DNA of 62,045 nt, filler included, from Porpidia crustulata (GCA_964255105.1; 20 parts of 20 records of this genome joined end to end with filler, not necessarily neighbours in it), one strand, 5' to 3'; shown: positions 36,891 to 49,902, counted from the first letter of the whole stretch. Notes: a model not told the origin generated them from the letters alone. Translations and numbers: made by a program.

Positions 36891-38022
36891 GGTAAAGAGC
36901 GAAGGCAAACCTGAAAAGAAGGGATTTGAAACGAGGGATGTATGTAAAGCGAAAGCTCTCTCCTAATGTCGAACACTAGCACTGCATCAGGACAAAGTAG
37001 TAGATTAGATTAGATAAGATAAACTCCGCGTACCGTCAACGCCGACCACCCCTCGGACCAGCAACAGGATTTGAGAATCTGATCATGATCACTGGAGTAA
37101 GGACAGTCAACCTTCCGGAAATGTTGACCGTAATCCATTACCCACTCTCATCGTGATTGAATAAAGCTTAGAATTCTATCATTTGTATTTCCTCATGCCT
37201 AACAAAACCCTAGCAGTCCTTCCTTTTTTACCGGAAAACGGTGAGCTCAGACAGGTAGATCATGTCTTACAATTCCAGATGTTTAATGACAGTGCTGTAT
37301 AATACAGCTCACGCATTTCCTAGCATCGTGAACCTAGAATGAATTCCAAATCCCATGCTGCACAAACAACCCAGATGTCTTCTACCATGCCCTGTAATGA
37401 CTCCATAATCTATACCTCCCCCAACCCACTCCCCCACTCNNNNNNNNNNNNNNNNNNNNNNNNNNNNNNNNNNNNNNNNNNNNTTAATTAATTAANNNNN
37501 NNNNNNNNNNNNNNNNNNNNNNNNNNNNNNNNNNNNNNNAGGTTGTGGTTGGACGAAGGTGTTGATTGTATAAGACATGTCTAGATAGGAGATATCCACG
37601 TTCCATCTGTACGATAGTGTTAGATCAGCAGTATCAAGACGATCAAGATGTGCGAAATTTCTTGTGTGTGAGTCCCTGTGGTACATGTGTGCCCATTTCA
37701 ACGCTCAACATAAATCGAAATCGTCTTCATCTATGCTACACTCGCGGCAGTCGCTGACGAGCAGTAATAAAAGCTAGCTTGCTAGAAGAATAAATCTAGC
37801 GCTCTCTGGAATACATTGTGGTGTTGTGTAGAAGCCAATTCACGATGGCTTGAAAGCTAGCAAACTGTGTGCAGAAATGATCTGTCAAGCAAATGTCAGG
37901 ATTTCGCCAGCAAGCCATCGACCAACTCCTGACTCCGAATAAGACACGAGTATTTTGCCAGCATCGCCGTCACATTTTTCGAGAAATTGTCTTGACCCAT
38001 CGCAACCGACCGCTTCATCAAT

Positions 38023-38945
38023 TTATTTCTCTCCCTCCCCACACCCCTCTACCAAGCCTTCAAACATCCCATCCCTTCTCCTCACCAATCCCTCCAACTC
38101 TCTTCTCATCCTTTCCACTTCCAACAACGCCAACTCCCTATCCGGCGGCAGGCCGTCGAATCCCCTGACGCGTCCCTCCAAACCCCGGACTCTTTTCTCC
38201 AGATCCCGGAGCTCGCGCTCATCGGTTTTGATTTCAGGAAGGCCAAAGTCTGGTTTTTTACCGGCGGTGGGATGGGCCTCGAGAGCTTTGGACCGGGACT
38301 TGTACTCATTCATTTTGAGGCCGATTTGTTTGGTACCACGGTTCCAGTCTGAGGTTTTTTGGGCGAGGTTGGCGTTGTTGGGGTTGACGTTTCGTGAGTG
38401 GTGAGAAGGAAGATCGTCGCGGGTGGAGTTCGCAGTGGATGTGCTGTTAGTGGTGGATGAGCGGAGCCTCGAAAGGAGGTCAAGAGCGAGGGCGTGCTCA
38501 GATTTAAGCTGTTGATGGAGGGTTTCGACACGTTGGAGTTGTTGCTCTACTTCACACTCGGAGCGAGTGATATTGGCGAGTTGGGAGGCCATTTTTATTG
38601 GGTTCGTGGAGGCGGAGCCTAGAGGTACAGAGGTTGAAGTAAGCGTTTCAAGGGCTTGATGACCTTCGGGAGAGAGGGATTCTTCAATTGACTGTAAAAC
38701 GGATATTGCGGGATCCTCTTTTGTTGCAGTTCTTCAAGCTCTTTTGACGCTTGAGCGTGGGTAGATGCAAGTAAACTATTTGGTTCGGTCTGGGAGGCGA
38801 ATTATGAAGCTAAGGTGAGGAGAGCGGACAGTGTATCTTTGTTTCTTTCAAAGCGTGGGGTGGATCTGGGATGAAAGAGCGGGGCAAGAAAAGCGTCAAC
38901 TTCGGACCAAGCACGTGAGAATGCGACGCTGATTAAGCTTCCATT
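38023..38945 (-). pseudogene. HAUS1/augmin subunit 1-like gene, apparently disrupted
   Basis: AWSEVDAFLAPLFHPRSTPRFERNKDTLSALLTLAS*(TAA 38804), a frameshift in the A-run near 38720, then a coiled coil ending FDGLPPDRELALLEVERMRRELEGLVRRRDGMFEGL. Confidence 0.6.
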
Positions 38946-39253
38946 GAGTTGTACCGTCGTACTCAGTGATAATCTTGAATGGACGGAAGGACCATCAGAG
39001 ATTTTCTGATGATGATGGGCAAGAAGCAGGAGTGAGAGGAGGGTCAGGCGAGGGAACAGCCGCGGGCCTCTCGGTAATGAGCCAATCAGCAAGCACTGCG
39101 GCAGCGCTTCTTGATAGGGCTGGCTATACAGGAGATGGACAATTGGACACATATCACCTTTGCTTTCAATGAAACTTCCCACATCTCCCTGTCTCCCTGT
39201 ATTTCCAGGCTGCTCTCTTTTCAGGATCTAGAGTAGGCTGTTCCTTATTTGCC

Positions 39254-40535
39254 ATGATTACTCGGATATCGACGCTGGCTATAGCAGCCGCCTTGCTCAC
39301 TTCTCCCCTAGCCCTTTGTCTGTCACCCTCCGAGATACCTTCCGATACTCCAATAGCGTCTCTTATCTCCTCTGCCAAATCAAACCTTGCTTCCGGCAAT
39401 GCCAACGATGCTCTCACATATTTCGATGCTGCTATATCGCGAGACCCGAAGAATTATCTCACAATCTTCCAACGAGGCGCAACATACCTTTCATTAGGAA
39501 GGAACGCAAAAGCCTGCCAGGATTTTGATAGAGTGCTTTCAATTAGACCTGATTTCGAGGGAGCGTTATTTCAAAGAGCGAAGATAAAGAGTAGGAATGC
39601 AGAATGGAAGGGGGCAAAAGAAGATTACAACACGGCTGGGAAAACCGGAACTTCGGAGATTATACAATTAGAGGAAGCCCAAGGTGCCGCACTGTTGGCT
39701 GCGGATGCGGAGAAAGCTGGAGACTGGGAAGGATGTGTCATCCACGCCGGAACAGCTATCATGGTTGCCAGTACGGCATTAAGTCTACGACATACGAGGG
39801 CCCGATGTCGGTTCGAGAGAGGAGAAGTGCTGGAGGGTGTCAGCGACCTGGCACACGCAATACAGATAAACCCAAAGTCGATAGAACCGCATCTACAGAT
39901 TTCCTCCATGCTGTTCTATTCAATAGGGGACATGGATAAGGGGATTGAGCAGATGCAGAAATGCTTGCGATCGGATCCAGACTCAAGAGCCTGCAGCAAA
40001 CTATATCGGCGCGAGAAGAACCTTCAAAAGACCATGAAACAGGTTCTGGCGCTGAAAGAGAAGAAGCAGTACAATAGCGCCGTCAAGCTTTTGGTAGGGA
40101 CAGGGGAGGACGCCGGTTTGATCCAAGATGTGAAGGATGAGGTTGCTTCGGGCAAAGAATCTGGGACCATATACAGGAACTCTCCAAACGACCTTTACGC
40201 CAACCTAGTCGAGATGGCTTGTGAATGTTACACAGAGGTAGACATTGCCTCCCCGACCGTATCCTAAGTGCCGACTAACCCTTATTCAGATGAACAACAA
40301 AAAGCGTGCCCAACCCTACTGCACCGAATCCCTCACCCTAAACCCCACCTCCCTCTTCGGCCTCCTCGCCTCCGCCGCCAACCACCTCGACAAAGAGAAT
40401 TTCGAAGCCAGCATCGACGCCCTCAACACCGCCAAAGACCACCACGGCGCCTCGGACCGCCTCCAAGCCCTCCTCCAAAAAACCCACACCCTCCTCAAAC
40501 GCTCCAAAACAAAAGACTATTACAAAACCCTCGGC
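39254..40535 (+). CDS. ER-lumenal TPR + J-domain co-chaperone (DNAJC3/P58IPK-like), 3' truncated
   Basis: Signal peptide, TPRs (NYLTIFQRGATYLSLG), intron 40238-40289, and the J-domain start KDYYKTLG at the contig end. Confidence 0.9.
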
Positions 40536-41105
40536 NNNNNNNNNNNNNNNNNNNNNNNNNNNNNNNNNNNNNNNNNNNNTTAATTAATTAANNNNNNNNN
40601 NNNNNNNNNNNNNNNNNNNNNNNNNNNNNNNNNNNGGGTACGGGTGGTTGTCATGCTTCTTTTTGGCTATGTTTAAACAAATTTTAGGATAGTGGATGTG
40701 ATGTAAGCTCATGTTGAAAAGGTGTTGTCTATGTCATCCGTTAGTTCGTCAGGTAGGATTGAAATAATGGATTCTGCATTCAGACGCACGCTGCGTAATC
40801 GGTAGCCATAGAGTTCTAGTTATTTATAACCCGAAGGGACTTGACGATGCACGTCTAAGAACTGGAGGCAACCTGCTTTTCTTCCACCAAGCATATCTAC
40901 GAGCAAACCTTTATTGTCCTTAGGCTCTAAAGACACAGTGGAGGACGCTCTGCTTGTGTGATCGGTAAATGCCGAAGTGCTCCCGTCCATTCGCGAAACA
41001 TTGCAAAGCGTTGTTCTCAAAGATGGCAACGACGTGTAGTGACCGTCGCCATTCATGCTCTACTATCCGACAGCGCATTCTAGACCTCATGGCTGAGACC
41101 TCGTC

Positions 41106-43154
41106 ATGGCTCACGAGCAACTGATCCAACACCAGTATGAGCCACTGTGTGAGTCGAGAGCGTTCAGACTGGTCACACTCCATTCGGGATCGCAATGCGC
41201 AGTTCTAAAGTGCTCTGTCAAGAATTATACTCTCGATAGTTTGCCCGAATTCCAAGCGCTGTCGTATACATGGGGTTCCCCTTACCCTGACGAAGACGGC
41301 GACAGCGACGGCGAAGGGAGGTCCAGAGACCTGGAGCTTCCCGCTCGCTCTTGTAATCTCGACTGTTCTGAGGGATATCTACCAGTGACGAACAATCTTC
41401 TTGATGCTCTGTACCAACTCCGTGACAACACATCCGATCTTCAACTGTGGATAGATGCAATTTGCATCAATCAAAGCGATACCCGGGAGCGTACCTCTCA
41501 AGTTACGCTTATGAGTGACATATACCATGCTGCCGAAGCTGTCATTGTATGGTTAGGGGCAGAAGATGAAGATGCAAAATATGCTGTAGAGCTACACGAG
41601 CGATTCGCACCCACAATTAGTCGACTCCTTGACCAAGATCGTCTTGAAGATTTGATCGGCTATCCCTTTAATGCTATCGAATTCTATGAAAAGTTTGGCA
41701 TCCGGCAAACCTCGCTGGAGGAATGGAAATGCTATGCCAATTTTCATCGGCGTGCTTGGTTTGGACGTACTTGGATCAAACAAGAGATTACGTTGGCAAA
41801 ACAAATCCATGTGGCCTGCGGAGCTCTCAGGCCAAAATGGGAGGATATGTATCTGCTCGGAGCTTTCATGCGAATCACTTACTGGGGGGTCTTTCTTTCA
41901 GGTTTTCTAAGGCTACCAGACTATAAACCAACCCCGGGCAATAGACAATTCTCGATTGCTTCTTTTGCGCAAGAATTTCAAACCGATGGTCCTCACTCTC
42001 TGGAGCCCCGGATGTATTGTGAGCATGTGTGTGCCGCTAACAATCTGAACGCCAGGGATGCTTTCCTGGAATTTTTACTTCTCGACACACGGATGACGAA
42101 GGCTTCCGACCCTCGAGACAAGGTTCTCGGTCTGCTGGGCCTTGTCACAAGGCTTTTCGGTCCGAACGATGCGAAGCTACAGCTCCACTACGAGATGTCT
42201 GTAGAAGATGTATACACCTTGACCGCAGCATATCTGCTGCAAAGGATGCCCTTGGCCTCGTATCTTTCAGCCGTCGAAGACAGGAAAAGGCGTAAATTGA
42301 AAGATCTTCCGTCTTGGGTGCCAGATCTCTCTGTATCAGACTCCCCCATCTCCATCAACAGGCTAGGGTACGGGCGGCGTTGGGATTGTTCATCCACGAT
42401 CAGGGGCCTCGGGACTAGTATGCTATCTGTCGACGGCCGGACTTTGTGTCTAGCTGCGGTCGAGTGGGACAAAGTGGCCGAATTTTGTGAGCCAACCGCG
42501 AACTTGATCCGGAATGAATCTATCGATGATCTAGTGACTATTGCCACCAAAAGCGGCGCCAAGTATGCAAACAACCAATCCCAGGTTGAGGCTTTGTGGC
42601 GGACTTTGGCAGCCGACTGTACCGAGACCGAGTCTCCTGCGCCCGAAGAAGTTGGTATCAGTTTTCGCGCTTGGCTGTGTAGTCATATCGCTTTCGCGTT
42701 GCGACGAACAAGACTGGGACAAACAGGCCCAGCACGTACCATCGAGGAGTATAACTGTCTCAAGCATCCGTCCATGACCGACCTCCTCCCATCTCTGTCA
42801 GAGGTAGAGAGCTACGCCGACAGAATGGAAAAGCTCTTAGCCGGCAACTATGTTTTGAGCGATTGGACCAAAATGGACGCCAAAGCCGAGCCCTTTGCCA
42901 AATCCATCACCGCGCTCCTCGATCGACGGCTCTTCAGAAGCGTCAAAGGCTTTCTCGGTCTGTGTCCCGCTTCTTCCGCTGTCGGCGACTCCATATGGGT
43001 CCTTCCCAACGCCAAAGTCCCCTTTATCCTGCGGCCGAGAACAAGCCCGGGGTATTACGAGCTATTCGGAGAAGCGTATCTGCACGGCTGTATGACCGGA
43101 GAGATAGGGCGCACGTATTCGTGCGAGTCGGTTCAGCATATCAGGATACAGTAG
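41106..43154 (+). CDS. HET-domain (HET-6-like) heterokaryon incompatibility protein, 682 aa, intronless
   Basis: FRLVTL, FQALSYTWG, LWIDAICINQSD..ER..QV..M..IY..A..VIVWLG, WFGRTWIKQE, ASDPRDKV, LPSWVPD, GEAYLHGCM. Confidence 0.93.
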   Translation: MAHEQLIQHQYEPLCESRAFRLVTLHSGSQCAVLKCSVKNYTLDSLPEFQALSYTWGSPYPDEDGDSDGEGRSRDLELPARSCNLDCSEGYLPVTNNLLDALYQLRDNTSDLQLWIDAICINQSDTRERTSQVTLMSDIYHAAEAVIVWLGAEDEDAKYAVELHERFAPTISRLLDQDRLEDLIGYPFNAIEFYEKFGIRQTSLEEWKCYANFHRRAWFGRTWIKQEITLAKQIHVACGALRPKWEDMYLLGAFMRITYWGVFLSGFLRLPDYKPTPGNRQFSIASFAQEFQTDGPHSLEPRMYCEHVCAANNLNARDAFLEFLLLDTRMTKASDPRDKVLGLLGLVTRLFGPNDAKLQLHYEMSVEDVYTLTAAYLLQRMPLASYLSAVEDRKRRKLKDLPSWVPDLSVSDSPISINRLGYGRRWDCSSTIRGLGTSMLSVDGRTLCLAAVEWDKVAEFCEPTANLIRNESIDDLVTIATKSGAKYANNQSQVEALWRTLAADCTETESPAPEEVGISFRAWLCSHIAFALRRTRLGQTGPARTIEEYNCLKHPSMTDLLPSLSEVESYADRMEKLLAGNYVLSDWTKMDAKAEPFAKSITALLDRRLFRSVKGFLGLCPASSAVGDSIWVLPNAKVPFILRPRTSPGYYELFGEAYLHGCMTGEIGRTYSCESVQHIRIQ

Positions 43155-43318
43155 TAGGCCTGCTCTGCTGAAGTCTGGGTGCTTCGCGAACTGCGTGATC
43201 ATCGCCATACTCCATGTCCTTGCTATATTTTTTTAAGGAGTGAAATGCCCGGCAAATGTGTTCCTTTGTGCGACCTCGTGTAAAGGGGTGCAAGGGTCAA
43301 GACGGCTTTCGAGGGAGT

Positions 43319-43449
43319 TGAAGACTACGGTCGAGGATACAATCTGCCATTGGACCTGTACGTGCCAGTCGTCGGCTTTCGAGTGGGCTGAAGACTACAG
43401 AGGAGAATACAATCTGCCATTAGACCTGTGCATACCAGTCGTCGGCTTC
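43319..43449. repeat. Tandem duplication, 70-bp period
   Basis: TGAAGACTAC..ATACAATCTGCCATT.GACCTGT.C.T.CCAGTCGTCGGCTT occurs at 43319 and 43389. Confidence 0.85.
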
Positions 43450-43728
43450 TTCGATTCGATTACGTGCTGGAGATGATGTCTGGAGCCGGAGCTGCGAGCG
43501 ATGAGGAAGGAGGAATGAGAAAGAAGAAATGAGAAACAAAAATGAAAGAAGTTTGAATGATTGAATGCTCTTCCCCAAGGATTTTTTGCCTCCATTCAAC
43601 CCTAATTCTAGCACAGTACTTACAATATNNNNNNNNNNNNNNNNNNNNNNNNNNNNNNNNNNNNNNNNNNNNTTAATTAATTAANNNNNNNNNNNNNNNN
43701 NNNNNNNNNNNNNNNNNNNNNNNNNNNN

Positions 43729-43784
43729 TAAGAAATTTGGGGTGTATATCTAGGAAGATGGGGTGTACGAATAATGGGATCCTA
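43729..43784 (-). mobile_element. Probable TA-flanked transposon end
   Basis: The reverse complement is TA|GGATCCCATTATTCGTACACCCCATCTTCCTAGATATACACCCCAAAT. TACACCCCA is repeated 21 bp apart, and the sequence sits at the contig start. Confidence 0.45.
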
Positions 43785-44239
43785 CTTTATTCAATGTTTC
43801 GCTCAATTGATCTATCAATCAACACTTCGTTTCAAATTTCAATGAGTATTAGATTGAATTAAATGAAGTTCAGTCACGTGATATAACATGCTTGGCAACA
43901 AACGACAGTTAATCAACCTTAAAATGTCACAGTATTATATAGGCTAGCTTTGGGGGTCCTATTTCCCATTTATTTTGAACCGACGGTGTGAGGAAGGGCT
44001 CAGGGCTCTACTCTATGTCCGCTAACATCGAAGTATCCAAGCGCTTACTCTATTTTTATGACTGTTGCCCTGCCTTTGCGCTTGATACCCGCTTCCACTA
44101 GTATTTGAGTATGTATAAGGTCCTGATCTGTAGAACCGAAGACAACAGACACCTGGAATCTGAGTCATGAGCTCAGATAGAATCCAGTTCTGTTTCTGTC
44201 CCGCAAATCTGCCACGAGCGAAATTAGGGTTTACCGAAC

Positions 44240-46719
44240 ATGGCAGAGGCGGCAAAGACGGGGCTTCTTGACCTTGAGAAGGAGTTGACATGCTCGGTGG
44301 GTTCAAGAAGAGCAATAAATTAAAAGATGAGCACGCTGAATAAATAATGGAGTAGATCTGTACCGAGGTTCTCTACCAGCCACTGACCCTTCTTGACTGC
44401 CTACATACCTTTTGCGGCTCCTGTCTCAAGGAATGGTTTTCCTGGCAAGCGACTCAAGCAGATTATACCCCGAAACAAGACCCGTTCACCTGCCCGTCAT
44501 GTCGCGCCACAGTACGAGAGACGAGGCCGGATGCCAAGGTTACGACGTTACTAGATATGTACCTTCAGGCGAATCCAGGCAAGGGGAGGACAGTAGCGGA
44601 GCAGGATGAACTCAAGAAGAAGTATACCGTTGGCGAACCAGTCATGCGTAAAATTAGACGGAAGCGTGATACAAGCTCGGATGCTGAGGATAGGAGAATG
44701 GTAGAGGAAGTGCGGGAGATGAGTCTACGTGGTGTTGGGGTCAGGACTCCAGGATCGTATGAGAGAGGAGCAAGGATTTCAAGTGGGGATGGAAATCGAG
44801 GTTCAAGGGAGGAGGAAGCAAGGCAGCAACGAAGACGTGAACACGAGAGAAGGAGACGGGCCGATGACCTTGACACCACATCTGCACCGAATATTGGATC
44901 TTCAGCCACCTCAGATTCAAGGTCTCAAGCAAGACAGATTGAGCATCAATCAAGCCTTCGATCGCTCCTCAGCAGCTCCGACGTTGACTCGTCGGAAATG
45001 GAAGACGAAATAATGCGGCAAATCATGGACGAAGGATTACTTGACGGGATAGATCTAAATAGCATTGACGTATCCCAAGAAGATGAACTAAGTGAACGTA
45101 TTGCTGATGCGTACCGCCGACGCCATGGGGGAAATCTCAGGTCTCGAAGAGCTCGGAACGAAGAAGCTTCGAGTACAGGTGCTCCCACTACAAGTACAAG
45201 CACTTCTACTGTGACGACAGATCAAGAACAACCTCAACGACGATCCCATCGAAGAAACTCGAGCGCTGCAGATCAAGTCCAAGCGTCACGTTCCTCCCAT
45301 CCTCCAATATCTAGACCCCACCTCCTTGAAGCTTATCCCACCGGACAAAGTCAAAGGCGGAGAACCTCGAGTGAACACAGGCGCCAAACCTCGCCAGCCG
45401 CTAATTCTTCTACTTCAACGTTATGTTCTAACACACAACGCCCAGCCGCACGATCAGCCACAGATTTGTCGACCCAGACCCGAAGTTCTACATCTACGCG
45501 ATCACGTCCTCCAGACTTGCCTCTTCATGGTCGAAGGAATACCGATACAGAACCAGGACAGGCTCGAACTCAGTCTCGAGAGAGAACACCACGTAGCGTA
45601 CAGCTAATGAGTCCAAGAAGAATCATCAGGCCATCAAACGCCGCTGTAAATTCGGCATCTGATTCGCCTATCTCACATCCAATCCATTCTCCCACAACAA
45701 ATAGAGAGCCAGGTCAACCGAATACATCGTCTTTTCGAGAAGCTCCAAAATCATCGCCGAGATCGGCACCATCGCCATCAACGCCTAGAGTGCCGCCTGT
45801 GCTCTACCCTGAGTCTTCGGTTAGATGTAATCGTTGTGGGACGTCGAATTTAGAGTACGAGCTACATAAGCATTGCTCTAGTTGCAATGGTGGAAACTAC
45901 AATCTATGCCTTCGCTGTTACCGTCTTGGCCGCGGTTGTCTTCACTGGTATGGATTTGGTCATGCCGGGCGTCAACGGTACCTTCGTCAAGCACCGCCTA
46001 CTGGATATCCTCCTAACCATCCACTGCCGCATGATCTCACAGGACGTCGATTCCTTCGCCCCAAATCGGCCATAAGCCCGCATCCAACACCAGAGAACAG
46101 AAACCCCAGCCGCATGACGCCCGAAGATCCAGCCAAACGCCTCCAATCGGGTGTGTTTTGTTCAATTTGTTCTGCCTTTGCCAACGACTGCTTTTGGAAG
46201 TGCGAATTCTGCAACGATGGTGAATGGGGATTCTGCAATTCATGCGTCAACCAGAGCAAATGCTGCTCGCACCCTTTACTTCCTGTAGCACATATATCCT
46301 CGGAAAATGCCAAAGCCAAAGGTCCATCTTCAACCCCGCCCTCTTCAGATCGTCCATCCGCTCCTCCATCAAGTGCCAGAACAGTATCAGCGAACATTCA
46401 TCCATCTGGAGTCGCACCATCAGATGCAGACTACGTCCCCTTGACCATCAGCACAACCTGCAGAATTTGCATCTACCCCATCCAACCCTCCACCACCCGC
46501 TTCCACTGCCCCGACTGCCACGCCGGCGACCACGACGTTTGCACCCCCTGCTACCTCACCCTCATCACCACCTCCAAAATCAGCAAACCCAACGGCGACA
46601 AAGGCTGGCGCCGCTGCCTCCACGGCCACCGCACCCTCGTCATCGGCTTCGAGGATTCCCCCGCCGGCCAGCGCCGCGTCATCGTCAAAGACCTCGTCGG
46701 CGGCCACGCCCTCCTGCAA
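44240..46719 (+). CDS. RING-finger protein (CHFR-like RING) with ZZ-like Cys clusters, 3' truncated
   Basis: LDLEKELTCS^ICTEVLYQPLTLLDCLHTFCGSCLKEWF..CPSCR (intron 44297-44355); later CNRC..HCSSC..LCLRC, CSIC..CEFC..CNSC and CRIC..HCPDC..CTPC. Confidence 0.87.
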
Positions 46720-46819
46720 NNNNNNNNNNNNNNNNNNNNNNNNNNNNNNNNNNNNNNNNNNNNTTAATTAATTAANNNNNNNNNNNNNNNNNNNNNNNNN
46801 NNNNNNNNNNNNNNNNNNN

Positions 46820-47086
46820 TCGCAACATACTCTCGCAAGCATTCTTCCAGAATTGGAGCAAGCGTGTGCAGACATCGAGGCCGAAATTGCGGCTTCGCAA
46901 GCCGAGGTCGAGGCGATGAAGGAAGATATGGAGAGCACGATCGGTGAACTGAGCGATTTACGGTACGGGCGATTCAGCAAGCCATTAGGAGCGGAAAGTC
47001 AGCTGAGAGACGAGGTGGTGGAGGGGCTGGGGAGATTGGATAGAATTTTGCTTGGAAAGCTAGGCTTGCAGGATTCGTCGTTGTAA
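46820..47086 (+). CDS. C-terminus of a Cnl2/NKP2-family kinetochore protein, 5' truncated
   Basis: HTLASILPELEQACADIEAEI..TIGELSDLRYGRF. Confidence 0.7.
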   Translation, partial: SQHTLASILPELEQACADIEAEIAASQAEVEAMKEDMESTIGELSDLRYGRFSKPLGAESQLRDEVVEGLGRLDRILLGKLGLQDSSL

Positions 47087-47251
47087 GGGGTTATGTATAA
47101 TCGAAATAAGTCTGCAAGCGTCAGATCATCTCGGTAATCATTTTTGAGAATATAAGCGTATGTTCAGTCGATGCCGTTTTTTTATTGGACGCGCAACCGA
47201 AGCTACCATTACAGCCCAGGCATTCAGATCCTACAGCAATAGCCCTTAGAC

Positions 47252-48049
47252 CTAATGGAATTTGCTGTAAATGACTGCAATAATCAAAAGCACCAATACC
47301 GTGATGATCGCTACCGTTATAATCCGATTTGTAGCCATCCTGTGTCACATGTTAATTCATCCACTTTCTACATTGAAAAGTTTCAAGAGGAGTATTACCT
47401 ACGGGCCATCCCCCTCAAGGTCTTTACACTCCTGTCCACATACCCCTCACTCTGCAACAAGTTCTGCCTTGTATGCTGGATGGTCTCCCGCTGTATTTGC
47501 AAGTCCGCCAGAGTGTCTCTCCCAATATCCTCAGTCTCATGCGCAATCCTCTGGCTGTCTCTTAGACGCTGCGAACTTCTACCCAATCGGTCCGTCCCGC
47601 TAAGGAGCTGTTGGCGTTGCTCAAGCTGGTCGTCGGAGGTAGGATTGTCGGAGTAGCGATTTCCGAGAAGGGCGGCGCGGTCGGAGGAGAGAGATTTGAG
47701 TGAGCGTTTGTGGGCGTCAATGTCGGCTTCGTAATTTCGGAAGCGTTGGTTCACTTTCGAACGGGTAGATGAGGGGATGTTCTGCTTCTCGAGGCGCATT
47801 TGACCAAGCTTAGGAGCAATAATGCAATTAGCGAAATGCCCGGTGCTGGCAATAATGTAGACGTACCAATTCGTTGGCTTCCTCGAGACTTCGCTCTGCT
47901 AGCCGTATTGCTGATTTCCGCGGTTCGCCAGATAGTTCCTTGATCTGATCAAGTTTTTGGTTAAGGTCTGCCTGGACGAGCTTGAGCTCAGCTTCGTAGC
48001 TGCTGAAGAGCTCTGAGCCAGCATCCGTGTCTAAGAGTGGGGTCGCCAT
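47252..48049 (-). CDS. VTI1: Vti1 Qb-SNARE
   Basis: LFSSYEAELKL; introns 47866-47809 and 47398-47340; EQRQQLLSGTDRL..ETEDIG..LRGMARR^MATNRIITVAIITVLVLLIIAVIYSKFH*. Confidence 0.95.
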
Positions 48050-48687
48050 TGTAGCGGGAATATTGAGGTAGACTTCGTAATGACAAGATAGTCAAAAGCC
48101 CGACTTCCGTAGAGATGGGGCGCAGACGCTTTGTTTGCTTACGAGGTGTCGGTTGCCTATGCTGGGGTATTTGGGGCAGGTAATGACAGAATTGGAAATG
48201 AGCGAAGCCGTTGACGTGTCACCGGGAGGATATCGATGCGGATTGCAATATCACAGTCTGATCAAATTAGAAGTTGATGCTCAAACAATGACGGTTGGTG
48301 GAGGTGAGAGGCTGTTGTACTGCGTGACGGCTTCATCGCTGTCGTCGTCGGCCTTTAGAATTGCCGATACCGACCCCGGCATGCCCTTTGGCCTTATCAG
48401 GCTGCCACCATGTCACGTCGTTAGTGCATTGTGGACTTCTTATAGAATTCGTAGGAAGCATTTATTTTGGTCTTTTTCATCAACCTCATTCGTTCAACTC
48501 GATTGTTTTGCGTAAAGTAACTGCTGTCTATGCTCCCATACATTCATCCTTTGAACCAACAAGTAGACATTGTTCTTAACAGTCCCTGAATACCTTAAAT
48601 ATAAAATCAAGCGTTCTACGAGTTGCTTTACTTGTCTTGTTCAACTTTGTTCATGTAGCTCTCTTTCTCTCTCTCAATCTCTCTGAA

Positions 48688-49802
48688 ATGAAAGATAAGA
48701 AAAAGATAGCAGTCGTTGGCAGCGGCTGCACCGGACTTGCTACGTTGTGGGCACTCAAGAGTACCAATCATGAAGTCCACCTCTACGAAGCGGCAGATCG
48801 CCTTGGTGGTCATACCAATACTGTGAAATTCAAGCATGGCGAGAACGAGACAGATGTTGATACTGGCTTCATAGTGATGAACTCTGCAACCTATCGTTAG
48901 TACGATGTTTATGTTTTGTTGCCGGCTGGCTTATATTTGTAGCGAATTTCATTGCCTTCCTCAAGGATATAAAATTACCTGCAGTTCCGACGGACATGAC
49001 GTTTGGTGTCTCTAGAGATCAAGGCCTTTTTGAATGGGCTGGCACGTCTATATCATCTATCTTTGCCCAAAAATCAAATACTATCTCCCTGCGAATGTGG
49101 CAAATGATTTTTGATATAATCAGATTCAATCAATTTGCGTTGGATCTTTTAACGGAAGAAGAAGAAAGCGAGCTAGATCCGACCCATGTCAATGGGTCTT
49201 CTCCGAGGCCTCAAAAGCCACGACGCCAGCAGAGCATTGGAGAGTATCTGGATCAGAATAATTATTCAGACGCTTTTCGTAACGACTATCTCATACCAAT
49301 GACTGCTGCCGTTTGGAGTACAGCGCCAGACAAGGCATCTCTGGAGTTCCCAGCCATAACGTTAGTCCGCTTCTTATGGAACCACCATCTCCTCACCACC
49401 ATTGCTGCTCGTCCAACGTGGATGACAATCCCTGGAGGCTCGCAACAGTACATAGACGCCGTCATGGGAGACTTTCCACAGGACCGCATATTTCTGAATA
49501 CTGCTGTGAAGACTCTGAGGACAAAAGGTGATGGGCGAATACTGCTGTGTAGGAAGGACGGCATCGAGGACATCTACGACCACGTCGTCCTAGCAACTCA
49601 TGGCGACCAAGCCCTCGACATCATCCGAGACACCGCCACACCCGAAGAAACATCCATAATGTCCGGCTTCAAAACCAGCGCCAACACCGCCGCTCTCCAC
49701 TCCGACCTCTCCGTAAGCCACCTCCAATCCCGTCCACTCCCTAACTAACACTATCCAGCTCATGCCCGCCCGCCCCATCGCCTGGTCCGCCTGGAACTAC
49801 AT
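48688..49802 (+). CDS. FAD/NAD-binding oxidoreductase (amine oxidase-like, COG2907 type), 3' truncated
   Basis: KIAVVGSGCTG..HLYEAADRLGGHTNT..VDTGFIVMNSATY^P; YLIPMTAAVWS; YDHVVLATHGDQAL; AWSAWNY. Confidence 0.87.
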
Positions 49803-49902
49803 NNNNNNNNNNNNNNNNNNNNNNNNNNNNNNNNNNNNNNNNNNNNTTAATTAATTAANNNNNNNNNNNNNNNNNNNNNNNNNNNNNNNNNNNNNNNNNN
49901 NN

